Part shown: one piece after another, positions 10,240 to 19,837 of the stretch
Position numbering within the stretch: the first letter of the stretch is position 1
Layout: the number at the start of each line of letters is the position of its first letter
Assembly (NCBI GenBank): GCA_963664245.1
Contig: OY760934.1
Span: forward strand, 2,300,376-2,364,375
From: Bacteroidales bacterium
Lineage (GTDB): Bacteria > Bacteroidota > Bacteroidia > Bacteroidales > GCA-2711565
Length of the DNA: 64,000 nucleotides
Reading direction: 5' to 3'
The notes under the pieces: generated by a model
Databases searched by the model: none
The model's input: the letters and a program-made list of their open reading frames with translations, nothing else
Told to the model about the DNA's origin: nothing
Made by a program: the position numbers and the translations under genes

Positions 10240-10310
10240 TTGCAATTTTTTTTAAATAAAACAACTAAGAGTATAGTTCAATAACTATGTCGTTAGTCGA
10301 GAAAAATCAA

Positions 10311-10345
10311 AAAAAACCGGCTTGAAATTCAGGCCGGTTTTTTTG
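10311..10345. terminator. bidirectional rho-independent terminator between convergent genes
   Basis: Stem AACCGGC (10315-10321) pairs with GCCGGTT (10333-10339). An A-run lies on the left and a T-run on the right. Confidence 0.7.
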
Positions 10346-10348
10346 ATG

Positions 10349-12454
10349 TTATTTTAATCCCCTGCTTTTTAAAAGCGGGTCAATACTTGGTTCTTTTCCC
10401 CTGAATTTTACATACATTTCCATCGGATCCATTAATCCGTTTGGCTCCAGTACATTTTTGCGATAACGTTTAGCTACTTCCTGATTAAACAAACTGGTTT
10501 CTTTGAAAGCTTCAAAACCATCGTTATCTAAAATTCCTGACCAGATGTAACTATAATATCCGGCAGAATATCCGCTTGCAAAAATATGATTGAAATACGT
10601 TGTGCGGTAGCGTGAAACAATTTCCGGGATGAGTTTTTTCTTGGCAAAAAATTTATTTTCAAATTTCTCAACATTCAAATCTTTTTCTTTGGTTTGCGAA
10701 TGATAAGCCATATCTAATAAAGCCGCCGCCAAATATTCAACGGTAATAAATCCTTGATTGAACAAGCTGGCATTTTGAATTTTCTGAATCAGCTCATCCG
10801 GGATAACTTCGCCGGTTTCGTAATGTTTGGCGTACACTTTCATAACCGCGGGTTCGGTGGCCCAGTGTTCCATAATTTGAGCCGGAAATTCGGTAAAATC
10901 CCTCGAACGGAAACTTGTTTGATAGCGAATGTTTGAGAACAAGCCGTCTAGTCCGTGGCCAAATTCGTGGAACAATGTAGTTACTTCATCAATGCTTAAT
11001 AATGCCGGAGCATTATCGGTTGGCTTGGTGAAGTTACAATTGATGGTCATTACTGGCTGAACCGGGTTCCCGTCGTTATAATTATATGAACGGTATGATC
11101 CGCACCATGCACCACCACGTTTGCTGGCCCGGGGATGATAATCCATATACATCACGCCAAGGTGTGTGCCGTCGGCACGTTTTACTTCGTAAGCTTCTGC
11201 ATCCCGGTGAGGTTTGGGGATGTTTTTGATTTCGGTCATGGTGATCCCGAATAATTTGTTTACTGTATAAAACAAGCCTTCTTTTACTGCTTTTAATGAA
11301 AAATAAGGCCTGATTTGGGCTTCGTCAAAATTGTATTTTTTCTGGCGAACCTTTTCGGCATAATGCCACCAGTCCCAGACTGCAATTTTAAATTTTTTGC
11401 CTTCTTCTTTAGCGACTTGTTGCATATCCCCGACTTCTTTTTTGGCAACATCTAAAGCCGGCCACCAGATTTTGGCAAGAAACTCTTCTACATTTTGTGC
11501 GTTTTTTGCCATTCGGTTTGACAAAACAATATCTGCGTGGCTGTTAAATCCTAAAATTTTAGCCCGGCGAACCCTTAGCTTGGCAATGTCGGAAGCTAAT
11601 TGTTTGTTGTCGTTTTCGTTGTTATTGTTGCCACGCATGGTGTAGGTTGTAAATAATTTCTTACGCAAATCCCTTCGTTTAGAATAGGTTAAAAACGGAT
11701 ACATGCTTGGACGGTGGGTGGTGTAAAGATATTTTCCGTCTTCCAGGCCTGCGCTTTTTGCTGCTTTTGCTCCGGCCGATTTGATGTTTTCAGGAAGTCC
11801 GTCCAAATCTTTTTCTTCCAAAACCATTTTAAAAGCATTGGTTTCAGCTAAAAGATTTTGTCCAAATTGTAAAGTTTTTGCTGAAATTTCCTGGTTTACA
11901 GCCTTTAGTTTTTCTTTTTCTTCTTCGTTAAGATTTGCCCCGCTTTTTACAAAACCATCGTAAAGGTTGGTCAGCAAATAAAGCTGATCGGGATCCAGAT
12001 TCAGGCTTTCGCGTTGTTCGTATACTGCTTTAATCCGTTTAAATAATTCGGGGTTCAACCTAATTTCATCATTATGGGTCGATAATTTAGGGGCAATTTC
12101 TTTGGCAATTTGTTGAAGCGTATCATTGGTATTTGTTCCCGATAATCCATAAAATACACTTGTAACCCTGCCTAAAAACTTTCCTGCTTTTGAATAAACC
12201 GCAATAGTGTTTTCAAATGTTGGAGCTTCCGGGTTATTGATGATAGCTTCAATTTCTTCTTTCTCCAGTTTAATTCCTTCTTCGATAGCCGGAACATAAT
12301 GTTCTGCGTTTATCTGGTCAAAGGGTGGCACCCCGAAAGGGGTATCATATTCATTGAAAAATGGATTGGGATGTTTGGCGTTCATTTTTTGATGACCAAA
12401 ACATGTAACAATCCCAATGCCGGCTAATAAGAAAATGGCAAAAAACTTTTTCAT
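10349..12454 (-). CDS. dcp: M3-family peptidyl-dipeptidase (Dcp-like), secreted
   Basis: 701 aa with signal peptide MKKFFAIFLLAGIG and the M3 zinc motif in TTLFHEFGHGLDG. It is similar end to end to the adjacent paralog. Confidence 0.85.
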   Translation of the reverse strand: MKKFFAIFLLAGIGIVTCFGHQKMNAKHPNPFFNEYDTPFGVPPFDQINAEHYVPAIEEGIKLEKEEIEAIINNPEAPTFENTIAVYSKAGKFLGRVTSVFYGLSGTNTNDTLQQIAKEIAPKLSTHNDEIRLNPELFKRIKAVYEQRESLNLDPDQLYLLTNLYDGFVKSGANLNEEEKEKLKAVNQEISAKTLQFGQNLLAETNAFKMVLEEKDLDGLPENIKSAGAKAAKSAGLEDGKYLYTTHRPSMYPFLTYSKRRDLRKKLFTTYTMRGNNNNENDNKQLASDIAKLRVRRAKILGFNSHADIVLSNRMAKNAQNVEEFLAKIWWPALDVAKKEVGDMQQVAKEEGKKFKIAVWDWWHYAEKVRQKKYNFDEAQIRPYFSLKAVKEGLFYTVNKLFGITMTEIKNIPKPHRDAEAYEVKRADGTHLGVMYMDYHPRASKRGGAWCGSYRSYNYNDGNPVQPVMTINCNFTKPTDNAPALLSIDEVTTLFHEFGHGLDGLFSNIRYQTSFRSRDFTEFPAQIMEHWATEPAVMKVYAKHYETGEVIPDELIQKIQNASLFNQGFITVEYLAAALLDMAYHSQTKEKDLNVEKFENKFFAKKKLIPEIVSRYRTTYFNHIFASGYSAGYYSYIWSGILDNDGFEAFKETSLFNQEVAKRYRKNVLEPNGLMDPMEMYVKFRGKEPSIDPLLKSRGLK

Positions 12455-12560
12455 GTTAATATTTTTTAAGTTAAAATTTTGGGGCTAAATTTATAAAAAA
12501 GCCTTGATAGTTATGTTTTTTTACAGATATAATCTACAAATGATAATTCGTAGCAGACAA

Positions 12561-12594
12561 ATAAAAAGGTGTGCCTTTTGACACACCTTTATTT
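12561..12594 (-). terminator. rho-independent terminator after the upstream Dcp paralog
   Basis: Stem AAAGGTGTG (12565-12573) pairs with CACACCTTT (12582-12590) across an 8-nt loop, followed by a T-run on the minus strand. Confidence 0.7.
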
Positions 12595-12611
12595 ATATAA
12601 TTTTGAGACTT

Positions 12612-14708
12612 CTAATTTAATCCCCTCGATTCAAGTAAATATTTAATTTGTGGTTCGCGGCCACGGAAATCTACAAACATTTTCATCGCATTTTCGATGC
12701 CGTTTTTAGCTAAAATATTTTCGCGGAAACTTTTGGCCGTTTCTTTATCAAAAATACCGTTTTCTTTAAAGGCTCCGTAAGCATCGTTATCCAAAACACC
12801 GGCCCAAATGTAGCTGTAATATCCGGCATCGTAACCACCAATAATATGCCCGAAATAAGTGGTTCGGTAACGGGAAACAATTTCCGGTATCAAACCAATT
12901 TTATCTAGATATTCTTTTTCAAATTTCTCTACACTGATTTCGGCAGGAGCTTCAAGAGAGTGATATGCCAGGTCTAATAAAGCAGCAGCCAAATATTCAA
13001 CCGTTGCAAAACCCTGGTTAAATTTGCTGGCAGCATCTAGTTTTTGAACCAGTTCATTCGGGATCACTTCACCGGTTTGATAATGTTTAGCATAGTGTTT
13101 TAATACTTCCGATTCTGTGGCCCAGTGTTCCATAATTTGTGAGGGAAGTTCAACAAAATCCCAGGCGATATAACTATCATTATAAGTGGTTTCAGAGAAT
13201 AACCCGTCTAAAGCATGGCCAAATTCGTGGAATAAAGTTGTAGCTTCATCAATACTTAGCAATGAAGGAGTGTTTTCGGTTGCTTTGGTGAAATTACAAA
13301 CAACAGTTACTACTGGTTTAATTTCTTTTCCATCGGCAATGTGGTGATCTCTGTAACTGCCGCACCATGCACCACCGCTTTTGCTGGTTCTGGGGAAGAA
13401 ATCCATATAAAGAACACCAACGTGTTTGCCATTGGCTTCTTTTACCTCAAAAGCTTGCGCATCAGGATGAGGTAACGGGATGTCTTCAATCCGCTCGAAG
13501 GTAATTCCGTAAAGTTTATTGGCCACCCAGAAAGCACCATCTCTTACATTGTTTAATTCAAAGTAAGGACGAACTTCGCTATCTTTAAGATTGTATTTTG
13601 CAGTCCGGATTTTTTCGGCGTAATACCACCAGTCCCACGATTTAAGTTTGAATTTGTTCCCTTCTTCGTAAATCATTTGCTGCATTTGATCCCGTTCTTG
13701 TTTGGCGACCACCAATGCTTTTTCCCAAAGCTGATCCAATAATTCGATGGCTTTATCAGGGGTGCCGGCCATCCGTGGTTCAAGGGTTAAATGGGCATGT
13801 GTTTTATAGCCCAATAATTTTGCTCGTTCGGCTCTTAATTTCATGATTTTTTCAACGATTGCTTTATTGTCTTTATCGTTGTTGTTATCTCCCCGGTGGG
13901 TGTAAGCATAATAGAGTTTTTCTCTCAGATCCCTTCTTTCGGAGTGAGTTAAGAACGAATACATGCTAGAGCGCTGAATGGTGTAAATATATTTACCGTC
14001 CAGCCCGGCGGCTTTTGCTTCGCTTGCACCGGCAGCTTTTACAGATTCTGTTAATCCGTCCAAATCTTTTTCATCCAATACCATTTTAAAATCGTTGGTT
14101 TCGGCCAATAGGTTTTGGTTAAACTGAACCCCCAGGGTTGAAAGCTGTTGATTGATGGCTTTTAACTCTTCTTTTTTATCAGCCGGAAGATTGGCCCCGT
14201 TACGGACAAAACCTTTGTATTGGTTTTCTAAAAGGAACAGCTCTTCGTCGGTTAAATCAAATTTGTCTTTGTTTTTATAAACTGCTTTTATGCGTTCAAA
14301 AACTTTTGGATTTAAACTTATTTCATCGGCATGAGCTGCAAGTAAAGGAGAAATTTCCATTTGTATCTGTTGCAGCGAATCATTGGTATTTGCGCCAGAC
14401 TGACTAAAAAACACACTGGAAACTTTTCCTAAAAGCTCACCGCTTTTATCAAGGGCGACAATGGTATTTTCGTAAGTTGGTTCTTCGGGGTTGTTGATTA
14501 TTTCTTCAACCTCTTGTTTGTGGATTTCCATTCCCCGTTTAAAGGCGGGCATGTAATGTGCTGCCATTATTTTTTCAAAAGGAGGAACCTGGAACGGAGT
14601 ATCGTACTCGCAGAAAAAAGGATTAGGATCACTACATTCCTTTTTAAATAAGTTACAGGCGGTAAAACCAACACCTGCAACAATTAGTAATATCATTAAT
14701 TTTTTCAC
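12612..14708 (-). CDS. dcp: M3-family peptidyl-dipeptidase (Dcp-like) paralog, lipoprotein-type signal
   Basis: HEFGHALDG zinc motif. I trimmed the start to GTG 14708 (MKKLMILLIVAGVGFTACN signal/lipobox); ATG 14696 is an alternative. The longer track ORF to 14774 would overlap the upstream gene by 41 nt. Confidence 0.85.
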   Translation of the reverse strand: MKKLMILLIVAGVGFTACNLFKKECSDPNPFFCEYDTPFQVPPFEKIMAAHYMPAFKRGMEIHKQEVEEIINNPEEPTYENTIVALDKSGELLGKVSSVFFSQSGANTNDSLQQIQMEISPLLAAHADEISLNPKVFERIKAVYKNKDKFDLTDEELFLLENQYKGFVRNGANLPADKKEELKAINQQLSTLGVQFNQNLLAETNDFKMVLDEKDLDGLTESVKAAGASEAKAAGLDGKYIYTIQRSSMYSFLTHSERRDLREKLYYAYTHRGDNNNDKDNKAIVEKIMKLRAERAKLLGYKTHAHLTLEPRMAGTPDKAIELLDQLWEKALVVAKQERDQMQQMIYEEGNKFKLKSWDWWYYAEKIRTAKYNLKDSEVRPYFELNNVRDGAFWVANKLYGITFERIEDIPLPHPDAQAFEVKEANGKHVGVLYMDFFPRTSKSGGAWCGSYRDHHIADGKEIKPVVTVVCNFTKATENTPSLLSIDEATTLFHEFGHALDGLFSETTYNDSYIAWDFVELPSQIMEHWATESEVLKHYAKHYQTGEVIPNELVQKLDAASKFNQGFATVEYLAAALLDLAYHSLEAPAEISVEKFEKEYLDKIGLIPEIVSRYRTTYFGHIIGGYDAGYYSYIWAGVLDNDAYGAFKENGIFDKETAKSFRENILAKNGIENAMKMFVDFRGREPQIKYLLESRGLN

Positions 14709-14733
14709 GTTAATTGATGTTTTAGTTAATATG

Positions 14734-16413
14734 TTAGTTAAGGTCGAGTTTATCCGGTCCTTGTTCAAAAACAATATCTACCGGAATATTTGCCGATCCT
14801 AAACGATTTAAATCTTTTTGAAGCATTTCTTTGATGATGCCTTCTTCTTTTATCCATTTAGCAGCAGCCTCATAATTTCCGTCTCCCTGAATGTGAAGGA
14901 TTTCCTGCATGATAGAAATCATAGCTTTGTGCATTTTGTCGAAATTAATAGTGTAATATCCTTTTTTGTCTTGGGTAAAAGCACCTTTTTCGGCGAAATA
15001 GTTAAAGCGCATCATGTTGGCTTTTCCGTGGGCACTGGCTGCTCCGAAACGGCTCGAGCGGAAAATCCCGGCAAAGAAAGTAACAAAATTGTCCATTACT
15101 TCACCTTCGGTTAGTTCGCCCATTTCGTAAAGTTTGGTAACCAGGTAAAGCCCCATAATGTCGGCTTTTCCTTCTTCAATGGAAGAATATTTTTCTTTTA
15201 AGGCTTCGCGAACCGTTTGACTTCCGTCGATGGTATTTTTAATTCCCATGGCGTGGCCTACTTCGTGGAACATGGTGTTTTCGAAAAATGCGTTAAACGT
15301 AACGTGTTTTAACTGTTTCGGATTGATAAGTATTTCGGCGATTGGCACCAAAATTTTATCAAATTTAGCTTTCATTGCATTTTTAAGTTGCAATTTGCGC
15401 GAACCGCATTTTAAATGAACTTCTTCGTCATTGGGTAAATTAATGGCGATGGTTTTGCTGCCTGCGTTACAATCGCCGGCATAATAAATCACATCGTAGG
15501 CGTTCATATCGGCATTGGCCCCCGGAATTTCTTTTTTGTATTCATCTTCAATCGGCAGACCTTTTTGAAGTTCGGGAAGCATGGCTCCGAATTTTGCCAG
15601 TTTTTTGCTCCAGTCTAAATCTTTTAATAAAATGAAAGATTCATTGGCTGCTTTGTAGCCGTAAAGAGCGTCTTCGTAATTTTCAATCGGGCCTACCACA
15701 AAATCGATGTTTGAATTTTTCATTTCCATCCAGGCAAAATCACTGGGTTGGTAGTCGTCGGTAATTAATGCTTCAGCGCGGAGGGTTAAATATTTTTTCA
15801 AACCTTCGTCTTCAGCCAGGTCAGCAGCTTTTAATAGTAAATCGTGTGCTTTTTGAAGTTTTTCGGCGTAAGCCTCGTGATACCAAACTACTTTTAAATC
15901 GCCGGCTTTATTACGGCGAATCAACGTATACAAACTGGTTTTGTTTGGATCTTCAATGGCTTCAAATTCTTTTTTGGTCATGTCGGCAGGATAAAAATTT
16001 GCCCCGGCCGGTTTGGTTCCGATTTCTTTGATGAACGGTTTATTTCCGTTTAAACGATCCCAGGGACCATAATTGATTTTTGCAAACTTTTTGGTGTTCT
16101 CATCGGTAATTTTGTTAAAGAACGCTTCTTTGTTACCAATGGTTTGCTCCCAATAAATTTCCTGCATAATATCAGCTATTTCAAACAAAATCGGAAGCAT
16201 TTGTTTTTCTTTAACCGACAAATGGCTTACGTCAGCGGTCAATTCAAAAGGCGCGTAAATGGCTAAGCGGTTTTGGATTACTTCATCAGAAACCGGCGTT
16301 AATGCTTCTGCATCCGGAATGATGGTTTGTGAATAATAGGATTTGTCCATGTTACAAGCAGTTATTAATACGAATGTAAAAACAACTAATGAAATTAAAT
16401 GTTTTGTTCTCAT
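14734..16413 (-). CDS. secreted zinc hydrolase, DPP3 (M49)-like family
   Basis: Start trimmed to ATG 16413 (MRTKHLISLVVFTFVLITACN lipoprotein signal). It has an HExxH-type motif MFHEVGHAMG followed by EEGKAD, resembling the two-motif arrangement of DPP3-family enzymes. The family assignment is by recollection only. Confidence 0.5.
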   Translation of the reverse strand: MRTKHLISLVVFTFVLITACNMDKSYYSQTIIPDAEALTPVSDEVIQNRLAIYAPFELTADVSHLSVKEKQMLPILFEIADIMQEIYWEQTIGNKEAFFNKITDENTKKFAKINYGPWDRLNGNKPFIKEIGTKPAGANFYPADMTKKEFEAIEDPNKTSLYTLIRRNKAGDLKVVWYHEAYAEKLQKAHDLLLKAADLAEDEGLKKYLTLRAEALITDDYQPSDFAWMEMKNSNIDFVVGPIENYEDALYGYKAANESFILLKDLDWSKKLAKFGAMLPELQKGLPIEDEYKKEIPGANADMNAYDVIYYAGDCNAGSKTIAINLPNDEEVHLKCGSRKLQLKNAMKAKFDKILVPIAEILINPKQLKHVTFNAFFENTMFHEVGHAMGIKNTIDGSQTVREALKEKYSSIEEGKADIMGLYLVTKLYEMGELTEGEVMDNFVTFFAGIFRSSRFGAASAHGKANMMRFNYFAEKGAFTQDKKGYYTINFDKMHKAMISIMQEILHIQGDGNYEAAAKWIKEEGIIKEMLQKDLNRLGSANIPVDIVFEQGPDKLDLN

Positions 16414-16552
16414 TATTTTATAATTTATTTGTAAAAAATTCAACAACCAAAAATAAAGATATTATTCGGAAGTTTTAAGGGATTGGTCAACAAACTGCTT
16501 TTAAATAAGAGTTTAAAGCCAGGTTTAAAAATTGAAAAACAAACGCAAAAAT

Positions 16553-18364
16553 TTAAATGGTAATTCCCATTTGTTTCATTAAATAACTCGCGTTCATGTT
16601 TTGCGAAATCCCATCCCGAAGTTTATAATCAAATTCAAGCTTATCGCCGCTAAGGTCAACTTCAAAACATTTGTTGATAATGTTTTGGGGATAACTATCG
16701 GCCAGTTTTCCTAAAATAAGATCATGGGTGGCAATAATGCCGGAAGCATTTAAACTGATAAGTTGTTCAATAAGTTGCATGCTTCCGTTTTGCTTGTCTT
16801 TAGAGTTGGTTCCTTTTAAAATTTCATCCAGAATAATAAACAACGGTTGGCCGCTGTTAAGCATGTCAATAATTTCTTTGAGCCGTTTTAACTCGGCAAA
16901 AAAGTAAGACTCGTTTTTGTCCAGCGAATCTTTGGTTCTTAGGCTGGTGTATATCTGCACAGGAACCCACTCAAAATATTGTGCACATACCGACGAACCC
17001 ATATTGGCCAAAACCATGTTTACCCCAAGGGTGCGAAGAAACGTGCTTTTTCCGGCCATATTGGCCCCGGTAATGATTATAAAGTTTTTCCAATCGTTAA
17101 AATGAATGTCATTGTTTACCCGTTGTTTTTCTAAAATCATCGGGTGTCCCATTTCTTTGGCATCGATAACAAAATCTTTATCAGCGGGTATAGGAAAACT
17201 ATTTTCGGGATTGTTAAAATAAAAATTAGCCAAGCTGTTCAGGGCATCCAGTTCGGCCATACTTTTAAACCAGTTTAACAAAGCATGGCCATATTTTCTT
17301 TTCCATTTGTTTAAACGAACGCTTTGCAGTAGATCCCATAAAAAAAAAGCATTCAGCAATATTCCGACAAGCACATTCAAGCGGTTATCAAAAGCCGAAG
17401 AAATCCGGGATAGTTTTTTCAGGATTTTACTGGGCTTTTCGTTCCCGTGTTCAAAAGATTGTTTTAGTTTTTTTAAATGGTCGGCTTTGAAATCAACCTC
17501 TTCGATGATTTTCAGCAACCGGGAATATTTTTTAAGCAAATCGGTTTTTTTCCCCAGTCGTTTATGAACCAAATTTACTTTTTTGAAATTTACCCAGGTT
17601 ATTGTTATCGGCACGAATAATACATACATTAAAAACAAGCGTTCGCTAATTTCGCCGAGTATGGCCAACGTTAACAAGGTAAAAGTGATTAAAGGGACTG
17701 CGAAAAGCAGTGTGGTGTAAAACCAATGATTAAAATCTGTTTTTTCTTCGAGCCAGTGTTTTATATCGTCATGATCTTCAATTTTGTCTTTTGACCGCAA
17801 ACCTATCGCCCTGAATTTTTGCCGCCACTTACTTAATGTGCTTAGTTCTTCAACAGCATTTTGGCGTTCTGTGATGGCTTGTTTGTTTTTTAAAGGATGC
17901 AAAAACCATTGGGCCAGTTTATTTTTGCCCATTTCGGAACAACAGCGGTTTATAGCCTGGTATAGTGAGTTTTTCCCAAAAAGATCCAGGTCATCAGAAT
18001 AAGGGTGTTCGTGGGTGTTGAATTCTTCCCCATCTTCAAATTCTTCATAATTTCCATCCAGGCTTTTAAGCTCAGATTTGTTGATGTTCCATAAAATCTC
18101 ATAAAAGGATTTTTTTTCAAGAGATTTTAAATGCCAAAAAACCAAACAAGAAAAACCAATAATAAATAAACCCAATACGCTAAAAGTAACCAGCAGATTA
18201 TAATTTGTTGCCAGGTAAACCAACAAAACACCCACCACAAAAGTGATTAATCTTAACACTGCAATCCGGTTTGTTTGTCTGGAAAATTTATCAAAAAGCT
18301 TGTAATAATTATCTGCCTGAGTTTTGTAAAAAGAGTATGGATTGTTCATTTTTTGTTTTTTCAA
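16553..18364 (-). CDS. MutS-related ATPase (MutS domain III/V only) with N-terminal transmembrane helices
   Basis: 603 aa with Walker A GANMAGKSTFLRTLG, Walker B LFIILDEILKGTN and ATHD. The N-terminus has hydrophobic helices instead of a mismatch-binding domain. Confidence 0.75.
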   Translation of the reverse strand: MKKQKMNNPYSFYKTQADNYYKLFDKFSRQTNRIAVLRLITFVVGVLLVYLATNYNLLVTFSVLGLFIIGFSCLVFWHLKSLEKKSFYEILWNINKSELKSLDGNYEEFEDGEEFNTHEHPYSDDLDLFGKNSLYQAINRCCSEMGKNKLAQWFLHPLKNKQAITERQNAVEELSTLSKWRQKFRAIGLRSKDKIEDHDDIKHWLEEKTDFNHWFYTTLLFAVPLITFTLLTLAILGEISERLFLMYVLFVPITITWVNFKKVNLVHKRLGKKTDLLKKYSRLLKIIEEVDFKADHLKKLKQSFEHGNEKPSKILKKLSRISSAFDNRLNVLVGILLNAFFLWDLLQSVRLNKWKRKYGHALLNWFKSMAELDALNSLANFYFNNPENSFPIPADKDFVIDAKEMGHPMILEKQRVNNDIHFNDWKNFIIITGANMAGKSTFLRTLGVNMVLANMGSSVCAQYFEWVPVQIYTSLRTKDSLDKNESYFFAELKRLKEIIDMLNSGQPLFIILDEILKGTNSKDKQNGSMQLIEQLISLNASGIIATHDLILGKLADSYPQNIINKCFEVDLSGDKLEFDYKLRDGISQNMNASYLMKQMGITI

Positions 18365-18671
18365 AAGTAGGGAATTGTTAAATCGGATTTTTTTAAAAAA
18401 TGTTAAAGCTTGAGGTTAATTTTTTAAAGATTTTAGAACGATCGGATTTTGAATCTCGCAAATAATCAAGTAAATAGAAGGGATGTAAAAAAAGTTTTTT
18501 AAAAAACGGGACTTTTTCAATGGCAGGGTATAAACAGATAGTAGGTGAAAACCTGCTGTCATGTTAATTTCATAGTTATATCTGTTAGGTTCTGGGAAGG
18601 TTGACGATCTATAGGAGGGGGAGCCAATAGAAAATTCTTCAACTTCCCTAATCATTTTTTAAAAAATGATG

Positions 18672-18701
18672 ACAAAAAAAGAGGCAACACCGCCTCTTTT
18701 T
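18672..18701 (-). terminator. rho-independent terminator directly after the guanylyltransferase gene
   Basis: Stem AGAGGC (18680-18685) pairs with GCCTCT (18692-18697), flanked by A- and T-runs. It abuts the stop codon at 18702-18704. Confidence 0.7.
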
Positions 18702-19799
18702 TTATACATATTCTTTTCCTTTTTGTTCTCGGACGTCGTCTACAAACTGTCGTATTTTTTGTTCGTCCTGTTTTTTACAAACCAATAATACGCCATCATC
18801 CTCTACCACGATATAATCGTCTAGGCCCTGCAGAACAACTAATTTATCTTTGGGTACATTCACAATACAATTTTGCGAATCGTAAACCATAACATTATTC
18901 CCAAGAATAGCATTTTGACTTTCGTCTTTTTCGCGAATGGTATAAAGTGAGCCCCAGGTTCCTAAATCGGACCATCCAAATTCCGATTGCATAACGTATA
19001 CATTTTGAGCTTTTTCCATCACGCCGTAGTCGATTGAAATGTTTTCGCAAACGGGATACGTTTTATCTACGAAATCTTGTTCATCGGTGGTATGATAAAT
19101 TCCGAGTCCCTCCTTAAAAAGTTTGTTTACTTCGGGAAGGAATTTTTCAAAGGCATTTAAAATACTTTTTAGCGACCAAACAAAAATCCCGGCATTCCAT
19201 AAATAATCGCCACTGGCTAAAAATTCTTTGGCTTTATCGAGCTGCGGTTTTTCGGTAAATTGTTTAACCTTACGGATTCGTTCATCCAGTCCTTGCAATT
19301 TATCGCCTTCGTATTGGATGTAACCGTATCCGGTGTCGGGTCGGCTTGGTTTTATTCCAAGGGTGAGCAACCAATCGTTGTTTGAAGCTGCTTCCAGGGC
19401 GGTTTTAATAATGCTTGTAAAATCATCCTGTTTTAAAATAATATGATCCGACGGAGCCACAACGACACAGGCATCCGGATTTTGCTGGTGGATTTTATAG
19501 CTGGCGTAGGCAATGCAGGGAGCCGTGTTTCTTCGGCAGGGTTCGCACAAAACCTGGCCTTCTGAAATTCCTTCCAGTTGATCCATAACCTGTTGGCGGT
19601 AAATTTCGTTGGTTACAATCAGTATGTTTTCTTTCGGACAAATATTCAGAAAGCGATCAAAGGTTTGTTGAATGAGGGTTCGCCCGCTTCCTAAAATATC
19701 GATAAATTGTTTGGGACGCGAGGTTTTGCTCATGGGCCAAAAACGGGCACCAATACCCCCGGCCATAATAATGCAATAATAGTTTTTGTTGATTTCCAT
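18702..19799 (-). CDS. mannose-1-phosphate guanylyltransferase (short form)
   Basis: Start trimmed to ATG 19799. It has the nucleotidyltransferase N-terminus IIMAGGIGARFWPMS and a left-handed-helix-like C-terminal part. Confidence 0.8.
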   Translation of the reverse strand: MEINKNYYCIIMAGGIGARFWPMSKTSRPKQFIDILGSGRTLIQQTFDRFLNICPKENILIVTNEIYRQQVMDQLEGISEGQVLCEPCRRNTAPCIAYASYKIHQQNPDACVVVAPSDHIILKQDDFTSIIKTALEAASNNDWLLTLGIKPSRPDTGYGYIQYEGDKLQGLDERIRKVKQFTEKPQLDKAKEFLASGDYLWNAGIFVWSLKSILNAFEKFLPEVNKLFKEGLGIYHTTDEQDFVDKTYPVCENISIDYGVMEKAQNVYVMQSEFGWSDLGTWGSLYTIREKDESQNAILGNNVMVYDSQNCIVNVPKDKLVVLQGLDDYIVVEDDGVLLVCKKQDEQKIRQFVDDVREQKGKEYV

Positions 19800-19837
19800 A
19801 AGGTCGATTTTTAATCTATACAAATATAAATATTTGC

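Noticed and set aside
12612-14774. Long N-terminal extensions of several track ORFs (Dcp paralog to 14774, 14734-16446, 18702-19823, 37343-37843, 42781-44565, 55755-56291, 62483-62836)
   Set aside because: The extensions overlap upstream genes or lack signal-peptide logic. Internal ATG or GTG starts give canonical N-termini and sit behind -7 boxes, so I trimmed the coordinates.
18416-18655. 79-aa ORF in the long intergenic gap
   Set aside because: It has no recognisable features and spans the predicted stem-loops. I treated the region as non-coding (see finding).
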